A DNA stretch of 23,878 bases from Ginkgo biloba (GCA_024626585.2 JANKJI020000002.1:264004210-264028087); one strand, 5' to 3'. Positions 11,258-22,029 are shown, counted from the stretch's first letter. The notes: generated by a model from the letters alone, not told the origin. A program made the numbers and translations.

Positions 11258-11452
11258 TAAGTTGGGAAGTGGTTAAACAAATGTAACAATTAACATTAGT
11301 TTACCTTCTGCAATAAGATTTTGTATCTCCTCACCAAACTCAATAAATTTTTCCCTACAACAATAAATGCAATCATTGTGCACCATTAATATCATCAAAC
11401 ACATTAGTATATTTCCCTATAATTTAGGAGGATCTTCAATTAGGCGACCATG
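11258..11452 (-). pseudogene. Tat/Ogre-like gag C-terminal remnant
   Basis: The minus frame reads ...CCREKFIEFGEEIQNLIAEGKLMLIVTFV*PLPN, matching the Tat/Ogre gag pattern C..LK..IQ.LI..G.L....PLPNH. It is on the same strand as the tRNA-Arg PBS ~330 bp upstream. Confidence 0.55.
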
Positions 11453-11782
11453 TTAACTCATGGAACATTGCTTCTAGACACCTACAACCTCTCAAGTGCT
11501 ACATGATTTATATTTCAAAGGAATTCTAAGAGTTATTTACTGGGAAGATTAAAATTATGAAGTTCTACATTGAGTTCAATGATTGGCAAAGGAAAGAGGA
11601 AATCATCAATTTTATATAAGAATTATCATAAAGAGGAAAACACCAACACTACTCTAAAGACACTTTGAGTTGAACAATAATAAGAGAAATTCCAAACTGT
11701 TTAATAACAACACTTCTCGATGGCAAAATCAAAGTGCGATGTTAGTATTCCCAAGTTAGAAAATAAATATGCAATGGGTTGA

Positions 11783-11800
11783 GTCCCACCGGGTGTGCCA
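11783..11800 (-). promoter_or_regulatory. tRNA-Arg primer binding site (TGGCACACCCGGTGGGAC)
   Basis: An 18-nt sequence starting TGG, matching the Arg-type PBS known from Tat/Ogre elements. It lies 7 nt from a ...CTACA LTR end at 11808. Confidence 0.85.
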
Positions 11801-11807
11801 TAAAGTT

Positions 11808-11927
11808 TGTAGGTAATTTAGACTCTAAAACATTAAATAGACAACAATAACACTTCTAATCTAAACCCATCATACCTTCGATTGAACATAGAAGGGATTT
11901 GTTTATATTGTTTATCGATTGCTCTAA
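11808..11927 (-). mobile_element. 3' end of the 5' LTR of a minus-strand Tat/Ogre-like element
   Basis: The minus strand ends ...ACCTACA just before the PBS; the fragment is truncated by a 100-N gap. Confidence 0.6.
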
Positions 11928-12027
11928 NNNNNNNNNNNNNNNNNNNNNNNNNNNNNNNNNNNNNNNNNNNNNNNNNNNNNNNNNNNNNNNNNNNNNNNNN
12001 NNNNNNNNNNNNNNNNNNNNNNNNNNN

Positions 12028-13180
12028 ATAAAGGAAAGTGACACCTAAATCATGTTTTATAATAGTAATATGCTTGTGCACTTACAATTTTCCATACATA
12101 GCCATAATCTAAATAAAGAAAGAGAATTTAGTGAGATAAAACCTTAAATGGTGAAAAAATCTCTAAATAAATTTCCCATGGTCATAGCCCCTTAATGAGA
12201 TTAACTCCATATAACCATGTGCTAGGTCTCCAAGGCACATCAAAGGACCTCAAAATGTTTGTAGCTATATTGAATGAACTTTCAGGTCCATTAACTTGGA
12301 GGTTTGGAAAAGGTGTTGGTGTATTCACTTTGGGATCCCTGATCTCTAATCTCCTAAAGTTGTTTATTCACCTTTAAATTTGGTAATATTTCCAAGTTAC
12401 AAAAATCAAAATATTTTGAAGTTGTATTGAATGAATTTTTGGTTCCACAGCAGTTATATGATGTGCCTTCACTTTGGTGGGTGTGAGTTCCAATTCCCCA
12501 ATGCCCAATAGCTTTTAGTCAGATGGGCAAGAGACCCGATTCTTTGATATCCCAATGCTTGACGGCCTCAAAAATCCGAAACCCAATTTTTTAATTTTTG
12601 TAAAAATATGACTAAGTGTTGGAAAAACTAAAATTTGGCTAAGTGTTGGAGAATCTCCTTTTAACAATACCCCATTTCAGTATGTTTGATGAGGGTCTCA
12701 ACAACATCCGACGACTAATACAGAAGTTGGATTCCAGATAATCTCAACTCCCAACCTTAATAGCAAATTTGCTATTTTTTAGGCAATTATAATTTATATC
12801 ATACTTATGATCCACAACTCCATTTTACATCATCTTGTGATCGTTTCAAAGCTTGTTGGAAAGATTACAACTTTCCCCTAGTGGACCTTTTGTCAAATTT
12901 TGCTCGAATCTTTCTGAATTTCATCCTCAAGTTGGCCTTTTAATAAAAAGGTTTCGACAACATGGTTTTGGATCTAAATCGAAGCATAACTTGCAAACCA
13001 TAACTCAATTTTCCATGCCGTTAATTTTCCTATAAAGTTCTTTTAAAACTCTACAATTTATTCCTTAAGGACCTTTAGCTCCAACCTGATCCAATTTCTA
13101 CAGATTTGGACTGCAAATTAGGACTTTATTAAAAATTGACAAAGTATCGACTTTTTGGATCTGAAAAATGGATCAAAACA
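12028..13180. mobile_element. Non-coding LTR-like segment abutting an integrase fragment
   Basis: No credible coding frame. It contains a 12-bp direct repeat CTAAGTGTTGGA (12612, 12639) and ends ...GATCAAAACA right where integrase similarity begins. The start is not visible. Confidence 0.35.
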
Positions 13181-13288
13181 CCAAGAAACTTTGAAGTAGG
13201 AGATATGGTTTACCTTAGATTAAAACCAAAAAACTCCTTGTTTATATAAAAGTGTACAAAGTTGTCACTATGTTACTAGAACCCTTTT
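13181..13288 (+). pseudogene. Gypsy (chromovirus) integrase C-terminal GPY/F region fragment
   Basis: PRNFEVGDMVYLRLKPKNSLFI*KCTKLSLCY*NPF matches the F.VGD.VYL.L.P...KL.PRY.GPF motif. Confidence 0.85.
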
Positions 13289-13584
13289 NNNNNNNNNNNN
13301 NNNNNNNNNNNNNNNNNNNNNNNNNNNNNNNNNNNNNNNNNNNNNNNNNNNNNNNNNNNNNNNNNNNNNNNNNNNNNNNNNNNNNNNNTGCATGGATTTT
13401 CTTATACAAAATGGGTTGTAGAATTTTAATCGACTTAGCAAATTTACTATTTGCATTTGAAATTATGAGATTTTCTTGATGTATGATTTGTGATTTTTTA
13501 GATTGCGCCAAACAATTTTATACATTGTTGAATAGTATGAAATTGTATGATAGATATAAACTTACAACAATTGATGCTAACTAT

Positions 13585-16500
13585 ATGGAGAGAAATGATG
13601 TGAGGAGGCATAAAGAGCATGAGTGGAGTAGACAAAAGCATGAGCAAGTAGAAGGAAGAGAAGAATGACTTACAAGAGAGTGAGCATAAAGTCGACAAAG
13701 GCATATGGTAGAAGAAGGGAGAGAAGAAAAACTATGAAGATAGCAAGAGAGGGAAAGAAGTCATTGTGCGTAAAGATCATCTATAGACTCACTAAATCAA
13801 ATTATGACTTTGTGAGGTAGCTCAAAAGGAGAATTTTTATGAAAGTGATGTGCATGGTACAAATGTTTAATGTGATCAAACATTGCCTAACTTTTTTTGT
13901 CATGTGCTACGACATATGAATGTCCTTTATCAATATCATGGAGAAAGGATATGGCTTGTTGAAAATACGGGTGGTAAAGCAAAGATGCATAGATTTATAA
14001 TGTGTTGTTTGGATGGATATGTCATACTTCTACACATGACTATATCCCCTTCACCATTACTTGAACTTTTGATTGGGAATAGTATAGAGTCACGTACATT
14101 TAAAATAAAAATAAGGCTTTACAACTCTATATTAACATTCTCATCCATGATAGAAAATGTTGATGGAGAACTTGCTAATGCATTTGGTGGTGTTTATGAT
14201 TTTAGAATCCATGGGAGCATATACTATTAAATCGTACATATCCAAAATTTTCCTCGCGAGGTACCTAAATTTTCTCAAATATACTTTTATGATCTAGCTA
14301 CAGAACTTGAGTAGAGGAAAAATATTTCTGAAGGTATTGATCATATAATATTGCAAGGACTCCAAAATATGATTCATTATGTGAATCTATTTTTTAAAGA
14401 ATTCGTGAGCATAGGTTAATGAATAAAATAAGATGGATTACTGGATATGAATCTTTGTATTTGTCATACTCCTAATAGTATGGTGTGCCTTTAATATTAT
14501 AGGCATAATTCATCATTATTGGATGAACCAATTGAATTAATTTCTTTAGTTATACAGGTAGGATGAAGGGGGGTTATTAAGTATGTGAGCCATTTACATG
14601 GATCCTATAATCCCTTTCACCATATGTTAATATTCCCACATGGAGAAGTAATGTGGCATACAAACATAGAGGAATGATGTTATCATCAAGTGTGTTTTAC
14701 CATGTAGAGATTTTTCTTGCAATGTTTAACGTTAAATGATATAATTTCAATTGAATTTATTTTTTATATCACTAAATATACACTTTTATGCATTTTTTTA
14801 CTTATAGTCAAATTAATCTATCTGAATGATTATGANNNNNNNNNNNNNNNNNNNNNNNNNNNNNNNNNNNNNNNNNNNNNNNNNNNNNNNNNNNNNNNNN
14901 NNNNNNNNNNNNNNNNNNNNNNNNNNNNNNNNNNNNNNNNNNNNNNNNNNNNNNNNNNNNNNNNNNNNNNNNNNNNNNNNNNNNNNNNNNNNNNNNNNNN
15001 NNNNNNNNNNNNNNNNNNNNNNNNNNNNNNNNNNNNNNNNNNNNNNNNNNNNNNNNNNNNNNNNNNNNNNNNNNNNNNNNNNNNNNNNNNNNNNNNNNNN
15101 NNNNNNNNNNNNNNNNNNNNNNNNNNNNNNNNNNNNNNNNNNNNNNNNNNNNNNNNNNNNNNNNNNNNNNNNNNNNNNNNNNNNNNNNNNNNNNNNNNNN
15201 NNNNNNNNNNNNNNNNNNNNNNNNNNNNNNNNNNNNNNNNNNNNNNNNNNNNNNNNNNNNNNNNNNNNNNNNNNNNNNNNNNNNNNNNNNNNNNNNNNNN
15301 NNNNNNNNNNNNNNNNNNNNNNNNNNNNNNNNNNNNNNNNNNNNNNNNNNNNNNNNNNNNNNNNNNNNNNNNNNNNNNNNNNNNNNNNNNNNNNNNNNNN
15401 NNNNNNNNNNNNNNNNNNNNNNNNNNNNNNNNNNNNNNNNNNNNNNNNNNNNNNNNNNNNNNNNNNNNNNNNNNNNNNNNNNNNNNNNNNNNNNNNNNNN
15501 NNNNNNNNNNNNNNNNNNNNNNNNNNNNNNNNNNNNNTGTGTATGAGAAACGGAAAATATACTAAGCATTGTCCACGTGAGTTCACATTAGTGACTACAA
15601 AAGATAGCAATGGTTATCCTAGATATCGACAAAGAGATAACAAACATGTAATAGTCACGAGATTTGGCAGGCAAATTGAAGTGGATAATTAATGGGTGGT
15701 TCCACACAATCTTTACCTAAGTACCAAATATAATTCACATATCAATGTCGAGATTTGTAGCATTGTAAAGGTAGTGAAATATGTATAGAAATAAGTATAC
15801 AAGGGTCATGAACGTGCAATACTTATCATACAAGCATCTAGTATCTCTAGCATGGTCAATAGAGAGAGACAAATTAAAAATAGCATGCAAAGGGATGAGC
15901 CAAAGCAAGGGTAAGATGCACAATACATCTCTTCATCAAAATGTTGTTAGTGACTATTTCATATGTGCATGCATAATGAATATCCCAACATAGTACAACT
16001 AGCAATCCATCTCCAAAAAAGATAAATGGTGTACATTCATGAGAATCATGAAATCTTAGATGTGCTACATAGCCAAAATCACAATACAACTCTAACATCT
16101 TATTTTCACCTTAAAACAGTTGATGAGAACATAAGGAAGTATTTGTATCACTAAATTCCAAAGTTATACACATAGTACTTAAAAATTAAATGTTGGAAAA
16201 GGCAGGTAAGAGGACAATCATCTATAATAAGTTAGATATACTTTGTTCAACCGTTTGATGAAGAATGATTCCATCTATGATTATTTCTATATTATATAAT
16301 AAGTTCTAAGTTATTTTAAGACTTAATAAAAACCAATGGGGTTACATACCAAACATAAAAAAAATATGTGAATGCACTTGGTTTACTAATGGATGATGGT
16401 GAATGGGATTCATGCCTACTAGAAGTTGTTCATTTTGAAACAATAGGAACAAATATGAAAAATCTCTTTTTATCTATATTGCTTCATTATAATCCATCAA

Positions 16501-16786
16501 ATTCTAGATAATTATGAAAAAGCATCTAAATATACTTATATATGACTTGATATAGTGATTTTCAAATAAATACTCTCCTATCTATATTGAAAATATTTCC
16601 TTATATGATTTGGAATAGAATTTTATTCAACATGGATGAACACTAAGATAATTTGTTAATATTCCTACAGTTACAAATTTCAATGATATCAACGATGATG
16701 ATAACATTCTATTGAAAAGTAAATTTTATTATGATATGAACATGTTAAGGTTGTAATTAAAATAAAAGTATTAGTCCTTGAATCCC
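13585..16786 (+). mobile_element. Helitron Rep-helicase pseudogene (N-terminal Zn region, Rep/HUH domain, up to the start of the PIF1-like helicase)
   Basis: Helitron motifs occur in order: CCLDGYVIL, FKIKIRLYNSILTFSSM, GVYDFRIHGSIY, PKFSQIYFYD, HLHGSYNPFHHMLIFPHGE..WH, CMRNGK..KHCPREF, GYPRYRQRD, DN*WVVPHN, HINVEIC, KYV*K*VYKGHERA, YISS, QLAIHL, TTLTSYF and LGLLMDDGEW. There are many stops and frameshifts, a 702-N internal gap, and the helicase is lost in a 100-N gap. Confidence 0.95.
13615..13740 (+). repeat. Two 63-bp (21-codon) tandem units at the Helitron N-terminus, with a partial third
   Basis: EHEWSRQKHEQVEGREE*LTR and E*A*SRQRHMVEEGREEKL*R, in frame with the ATG at 13585. Confidence 0.75.
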
Positions 16787-16886
16787 NNNNNNNNNNNNNN
16801 NNNNNNNNNNNNNNNNNNNNNNNNNNNNNNNNNNNNNNNNNNNNNNNNNNNNNNNNNNNNNNNNNNNNNNNNNNNNNNNNNNNNNN

Positions 16887-19100
16887 AATTTCTCAATATT
16901 ATTTAGTTATCCATTTGGGAAACTACATCAACCCTATTGGTTTTATTCCTTTCAAAGGAGAAAGGCATCAAGAAAGGATGAGGTTGATAAATCATGCCAA
17001 TCCATCTCATCCTCGTCTCCTCTAAGTGCCTGCATATATGATGTCCTATATTAGTAAGAAAATGATAATTAAAAGAATTATAGGGGTTTTATTTTTTAGT
17101 TTCAAGGAAAATTCTTTAATTCTAATTATAAGAACATTCTTATCATCCTCTTGAACCAATAATAATCCTTCCCCCCAAATTCATAAGATTATACCTAGGT
17201 TAGCCTCATAGGATATCCTCCATGAATCTTCTACCATTTTCTTTTCATGCTCATCTATGAGCCTTTATTTATTTATAATATTTGGCTTGATAGTTGTTTA
17301 ATAGACATATCCAGTCGAGTATGCCTATGTCCTTATATTACTCTAACCTTTTTTGTAGAAAGGGTGGATAACATAGACCTCACTTAACATTTCCCATAGA
17401 GAATTGCAATGTATGCCATCCTTATAGAAGTAACTGGCTAAAATATCTTATCCAAGAATTTTTGAGCCAATCTATTGCTCCTTTCATATAAGGCCTATAT
17501 TCTTTCTATAACAAACTTCATCAAGGGTGTTATTATTGATAAATACCTCAGTTATAAATCGAGCCTCCTTTATTTATACATAAGGGTATACACCCTTAGT
17601 GGGGCCCTGTACCTCATCATTTAACTAGCTAGGGTGATGACATGCATCAATAATTTTTTGATGCTTTCTACCTATTCATTCAACTTAGTTCATTTTGTCA
17701 TGAGGGTTTTAGCCTCCATATCCCCAATCAAATTTAACTCAGACAATTGGTATTTTAATATCACCACTTTATTAAGTCTCTCCTTTAGAGTAATACTAAT
17801 TGATCCCAAGGACCTTGTAATGGACCTTATTTACACTTCCGTTTGCCTTATTTGATCCTCAACAATCTTAGAATTGATTGGATTCTCTTGGAACTCTTTT
17901 TTTGTCTTCTCTACTTTTCTTATCAAGTCCTCCAGTTCTTACAACTCATTTTGGAACCCTAATTTAGGGGCAATTTTATTTCAATTTTAATCATTTTGAT
18001 CTATCTTTCAAGGTTGGTCTACACCCCTACATTGATTCTCTAAAAAACCACCTCACTGTTATTATGTACCACTACATCAATTATCTTGAAAACCTCCTAT
18101 TTATTAGGTTATTCACTTTCTTATGCTTACTTCAATTGCTCTTCCAACACCTTCACCCTTTCCTACAANNNNNNNNNNCTTAGTTTCACATGGTTAATTG
18201 GTCATTGGATATATTAATGGTAGTAGCAATGACCTCTAGGAGGATGGTTTCTTCCTTATCTTCATTCTCATGCCCTTTTTCTGGCTTCTCCTCTTCGTAT
18301 TTTCTCTTCTCTTCTTGTTATTCAGTTACTTCCTCGATAGATTTATATTTGAGAGACCAGGAAGCTAATTTGTTCTAGGCTCTAGAAAAGGTGCATATAA
18401 GGATGGGCATGAGGATTGATGCATACTTTATGGTTTTAAATGTGTATTATCATCATCTTGGATCTATGTTCACAATTTTTTTCTTCTCTTCATAGTTTCA
18501 AGTATCCAAATAAATTATGGCATTATGGAGGCTCTTCAACAACTCCCTCTATGACCTAAGTTTTGTATAATTCATCCCTACACTCCATTGCCTTTTAGAA
18601 TGAAACCCATTTGTGGTGTTCCTTTGACACTTGCAGATTTTCAAGCTATGTTGGATAAAAAATATCAAAAATGGATGGAGATATGGTGACCTTGCAACTT
18701 CTTATCACTCTATTCTAAGTTTGTTTGTAGGATCATGAGAATGCTTATGAATCTTTAAAAGTCATAAATGATTGATATAATGTCTCTAGACTAAATCAAA
18801 TCTCGTGTAAGGAATTTTTGACCATTTTCTAATCTAAGATCATCTACCATAGTCACACTTACATATTTATTTGATTTTTATGTTGTTTATCTAAGGTTTC
18901 CCTTTAATTTATCAATGGTTCTTAAAGACTATTGGGGGACAGTCACATCAAAATGCATATGATCTTGGTTTAATTCAAAAAGAGGCTAAAAGGGTTAAGG
19001 AAAATATTTTAATTTATAGTTAACTTTATCGTTATTATTTCCATAATATATTGAGACAATCAAGGAGAGTTTGAATGGTGCACAATTTCATGGAATTACA
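16887..19100 (-). pseudogene. Decayed long unknown ORF (Glu/Lys-rich), possibly a retrotransposon accessory ORF
   Basis: The minus strand is purine-rich and coding-like with scattered stops (e.g. ...HKVCINPHAHPYMHLF*SLEQ...EEKYEEEKPEKGHENEDKEE). I recognise no gag or pol motif, and the boundaries are approximate. Confidence 0.3.
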
Positions 19101-19670
19101 TGTGGCATTTTCTTGCAACTATCAAAGGGCGTTGAGTGAAAATGGGGCCATAATTCTTAATCTTTCCTTTTTATCCTCTTAATTTCTTAAATCCACTTTT
19201 TCTTGTTTACCCTCCTTACTCTTAGAAAATATTCCATCTATCCTCTTCTACCATCATCATGTATATCCATCATTATGCTTCATGTCATTTGCTACACACG
19301 TTAATTTGCATAATTTATTAGCCATGCCAATTACTATGAAGGTTTGCATCCTAAAGCATGATCACTAATATATAGGTGTTAGTTGTGTCTAATCATAAAA
19401 TTCAAGTCTAAGTAAACCTTTAACTCATCCAATTTTTTATAAACCTCCTAATGGATTTATCCATTTTAACCATAATTATCATGTCATCTAGACAACCAAT
19501 CATTTTCCTAACATTTAAGTAAGAAACACCTATTCCACGTACTATTTTAATCCTGTAATGTTTATGTGTTTTGTAAAAAAACTCTCTTGTTGTTTTTTGT
19601 GTGAACATAATAGTAAGTTGTCCCTTCCTGACCCCATGAGTATTTCAAGTTATTCATCCAATTTAGTTTA

Positions 19671-19890
19671 TCATACTAGTGGAGAATGATCACAAGCATG
19701 ATTGGCCTACCCTTACACTCATCACACTAGTGGGGAATGCTCATAAGTGACATAAGATTTGTATTTATCTCCTTAATTAGTCATGTATATCATACTAGTG
19801 GGGAATTATCATAGGTATTATTGGGATACCCTTTAAGATCACCATACTATTGTGGAACTCTAATAAGCGATGTAAATTATTCCTCCTTTA
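19671..19890 (+). repeat. Dimeric tandem repeat: 4 copies of a CATACTAGTGGGGAA core in an A-B-A-B arrangement
   Basis: Cores start at 19671, 19722, 19790 and 19842 (spacing 51/68/52). Units 1 and 3 share ATTGG..TACCCTT; units 2 and 4 share ATAAG.GA..TAA...CTCCTT. Confidence 0.85.
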
Positions 19891-20059
19891 CTATTATTCC
19901 CAATAGTCCCTTTATGTTATCCTTCATTCAAAACTAGTTTTATTTCACTTATTTGATTGTTAAGCATTTCATTCCTTCTTCTAAACTAATGTCATATAGT
20001 TGGTGATCATGCTTCACATAACCTTACCACTATCCAACCTATTACTATGGATAATTTCT

Positions 20060-20328
20060 CTTCCCTTAAGAAATTCACCATATCCATATTATTCACACCA
20101 CCCGTTTCCCCCTTTATAGAATAAGCAAGTGCATATTTTAGAGTTTAACATATAAGTTTGGTGTCTATAGTTAATTACGAGCATGTGATCATGATCTTTA
20201 GTGTAGACTATTTTTTTTACATATCGCCCAATGTAAAAGTCATTGGTATTCAACAACTCACAAATTCTATATTCCTTAGTTGGGCATTCTAACATCTTCT
20301 CTATAAGGATGATGTTGACAGGGGTCAA
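20060..20328 (-). pseudogene. Possible SWIM zinc-finger remnant (MULE-type transposase C-terminal region)
   Basis: HQTYMLNSKICTCLFYKGGNGWCE* fits C-x-C-x9-C-x-(H), with the His position disrupted. Confidence 0.35.
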
Positions 20329-20698
20329 CTATGATGAACTCAGATTAATTTTTTATAATCCTATTCAATATGAATTATAACAATATAATTTGGGGTTTAT
20401 CCTAATTATATTTTTATATTCTACAGTTCTAAAAATGGAAATGNNNNNNNNNNNNNNNNNNNNNNNNNNNNNNNNNNNNNNNNNNNNNNNNNNNNNNNNN
20501 NNNNNNNNNNNNNNNNNNNNNNNNNNNNNNNNNNNNNNNNNNNTAGAGAGAAATCATGGAAAGAAAAAAACACATAATATAATCTCTTATATTCTTAAAA
20601 AAGAAGTAAGTAATGCATCCAATATATAGGAAAACTTATTGAGGTTTTGATATCCCAAAAATAAAATTCACCCTACCTCGTTTCAATAAGGGACTCTT

Positions 20699-21361
20699 AA
20701 ATGTAGAAGGAAGAATATTTGGTGCGAAAAAAAGAAGTGGTAGATAGGGTTCTCTTGTGGGAAAACAAAATTGTGCTTCATTAAATTACCATCACTGGAG
20801 AAGGAAGGTGATCCAAAAGAAGAGGAACATATAGAAAATTGTCTATTGAGGATGAACCATAACCAATCGAGGAGCCAAATTTTTCTTTTGTAACAAGGCT
20901 ATCAACCCTAAAATGTTATAACTCCAAGGTTATATTACAAAAAAGAAAGTAGTCTTACATAAGGCATAACACTTGAACTTAATTATGTCCTAAACACCTA
21001 AATTTATGTTATGATTGCAAGCAATGAATCCTTCAAGTGTGGCAATAAGTACCAAAATATATTATGAGCAAATCCACTTTGGACTCCCCATTATATGTTA
21101 TGCTAATAAGAGTAAAAANNNNNNNNNNNNNNCTTACAATCATTACAAAAAAAATCATTTTAAGATTAAAATTATATGTTCATGATATTCAAATGGGAGG
21201 AAAATGAATATTAAATATAAGGGTTTTGACCTTTAGAAACGTAGTCAATCTCATCATCTCACAAAATAAGAAAAATCATAAGAAAGGGTTGCTCAAGGTT
21301 TATTGTCAAATAATTTTCATTGGAAGGTAGGGTACAAGAAGAGCCTATACATGATGAATTA
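20699..21361 (+). pseudogene. Chromovirus (Reina-like) Gypsy gag C-terminus / aspartic protease / linker remnant
   Basis: Frameshifted motifs in order: RRKNIWCEKKKW*IGFSC (degenerate Zn knuckle), PKML*LQGYITKKKVV, VMIASNESFKCGNKYQNI, LDSPLYVM, LQSL, FMIFKWEENEY, ISSHKIRKIIRKG and IHDEL. The catalytic DSG region is deleted. Confidence 0.75.
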
Positions 21362-21819
21362 TGTTGTGACCAAAAATTAAAAAGAAGATTATACAAAGTA
21401 TAACGTTAGAAACAAAAGAAAAATAAAATTAAAAATTAAAAAATAAAAAATAAAAGACTCGCTGCAGTGAGAATACATCGTCGTGGTCAATGGGTGCAGT
21501 GCGTATCATTTTGCCGGCGTGGGAGCTCTCGAGCGGTGTTAAGAGGCAATGTTCAGTTGATGAAAGGTATAAGAAGACACCTACACCATTTCCTCAGATA
21601 GAAAATAGACTATAAGTTATAAACACATGATCTTTACTACCTAACTGGGTTGCAGAGGACAAGAAGGGTACCAAGTGCTCCCTCCCATCTTCAACTGGGG
21701 TACAGGTGTTCCCAGAGACCAAATATCGATTATACATCTATAGCATAAATCTATGTTATTGTCTTCAGAAGTTGTACTAAACAATATAATATTTATAATC
21801 TCTAAAAAAAATTTCAACA
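21362..21819 (+). mobile_element. Complete 458-bp 5' LTR (Copia-like) inserted into the chromovirus remnant
   Basis: Perfect TGTTG...CAACA termini, a TATAAG element at ~21568, and a perfect PBS 2 nt downstream. Confidence 0.88.
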
Positions 21820-21821
21820 AA

Positions 21822-21833
21822 TGGTATCAGAGC
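21822..21833 (+). promoter_or_regulatory. tRNA-iMet primer binding site
   Basis: Exact TGGTATCAGAGC. Confidence 0.95.
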
Positions 21834-22029
21834 ATACCATCTCCATACACGCAATGACTGTGTTTCCCCACGTCGACACATTTAAAACACATGGATATAT
21901 ACAAAAAGAGAAACTTTTGATACTTATTGNNNNNNNNNNNNNNNNNNNNNNNNNNNNNNNNNNNNNNNNNNNNNNNNNNNNNNNNNNNNNNNNNNNNNNN
22001 NNNNNNNNNNNNNNNNNNNNNNNNNNNNN

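Noticed and set aside
11775-11800. tRNA gene or tRNA-derived SINE
   Set aside because: Only the 3' end with an encoded CCA is present, next to an LTR end; there is no D or anticodon arm. It is a PBS.
12476-12500. B-box/tRNA T-loop-like GTGAGTTCCAATTCCC
   Set aside because: Imperfect motif, no A-box at suitable spacing and no cloverleaf.
15735-16098. Small ORFs 15735-15923, 15781-15993 and 15874-16098
   Set aside because: Alternative-frame or antisense overlaps of the Helitron Rep pseudogene.
19671-19890. CRISPR-like repeat/spacer appearance
   Set aside because: The repeats are short and degenerate, the spacers are homologous in alternation, there are no cas genes, and the context is eukaryotic TE sequence.
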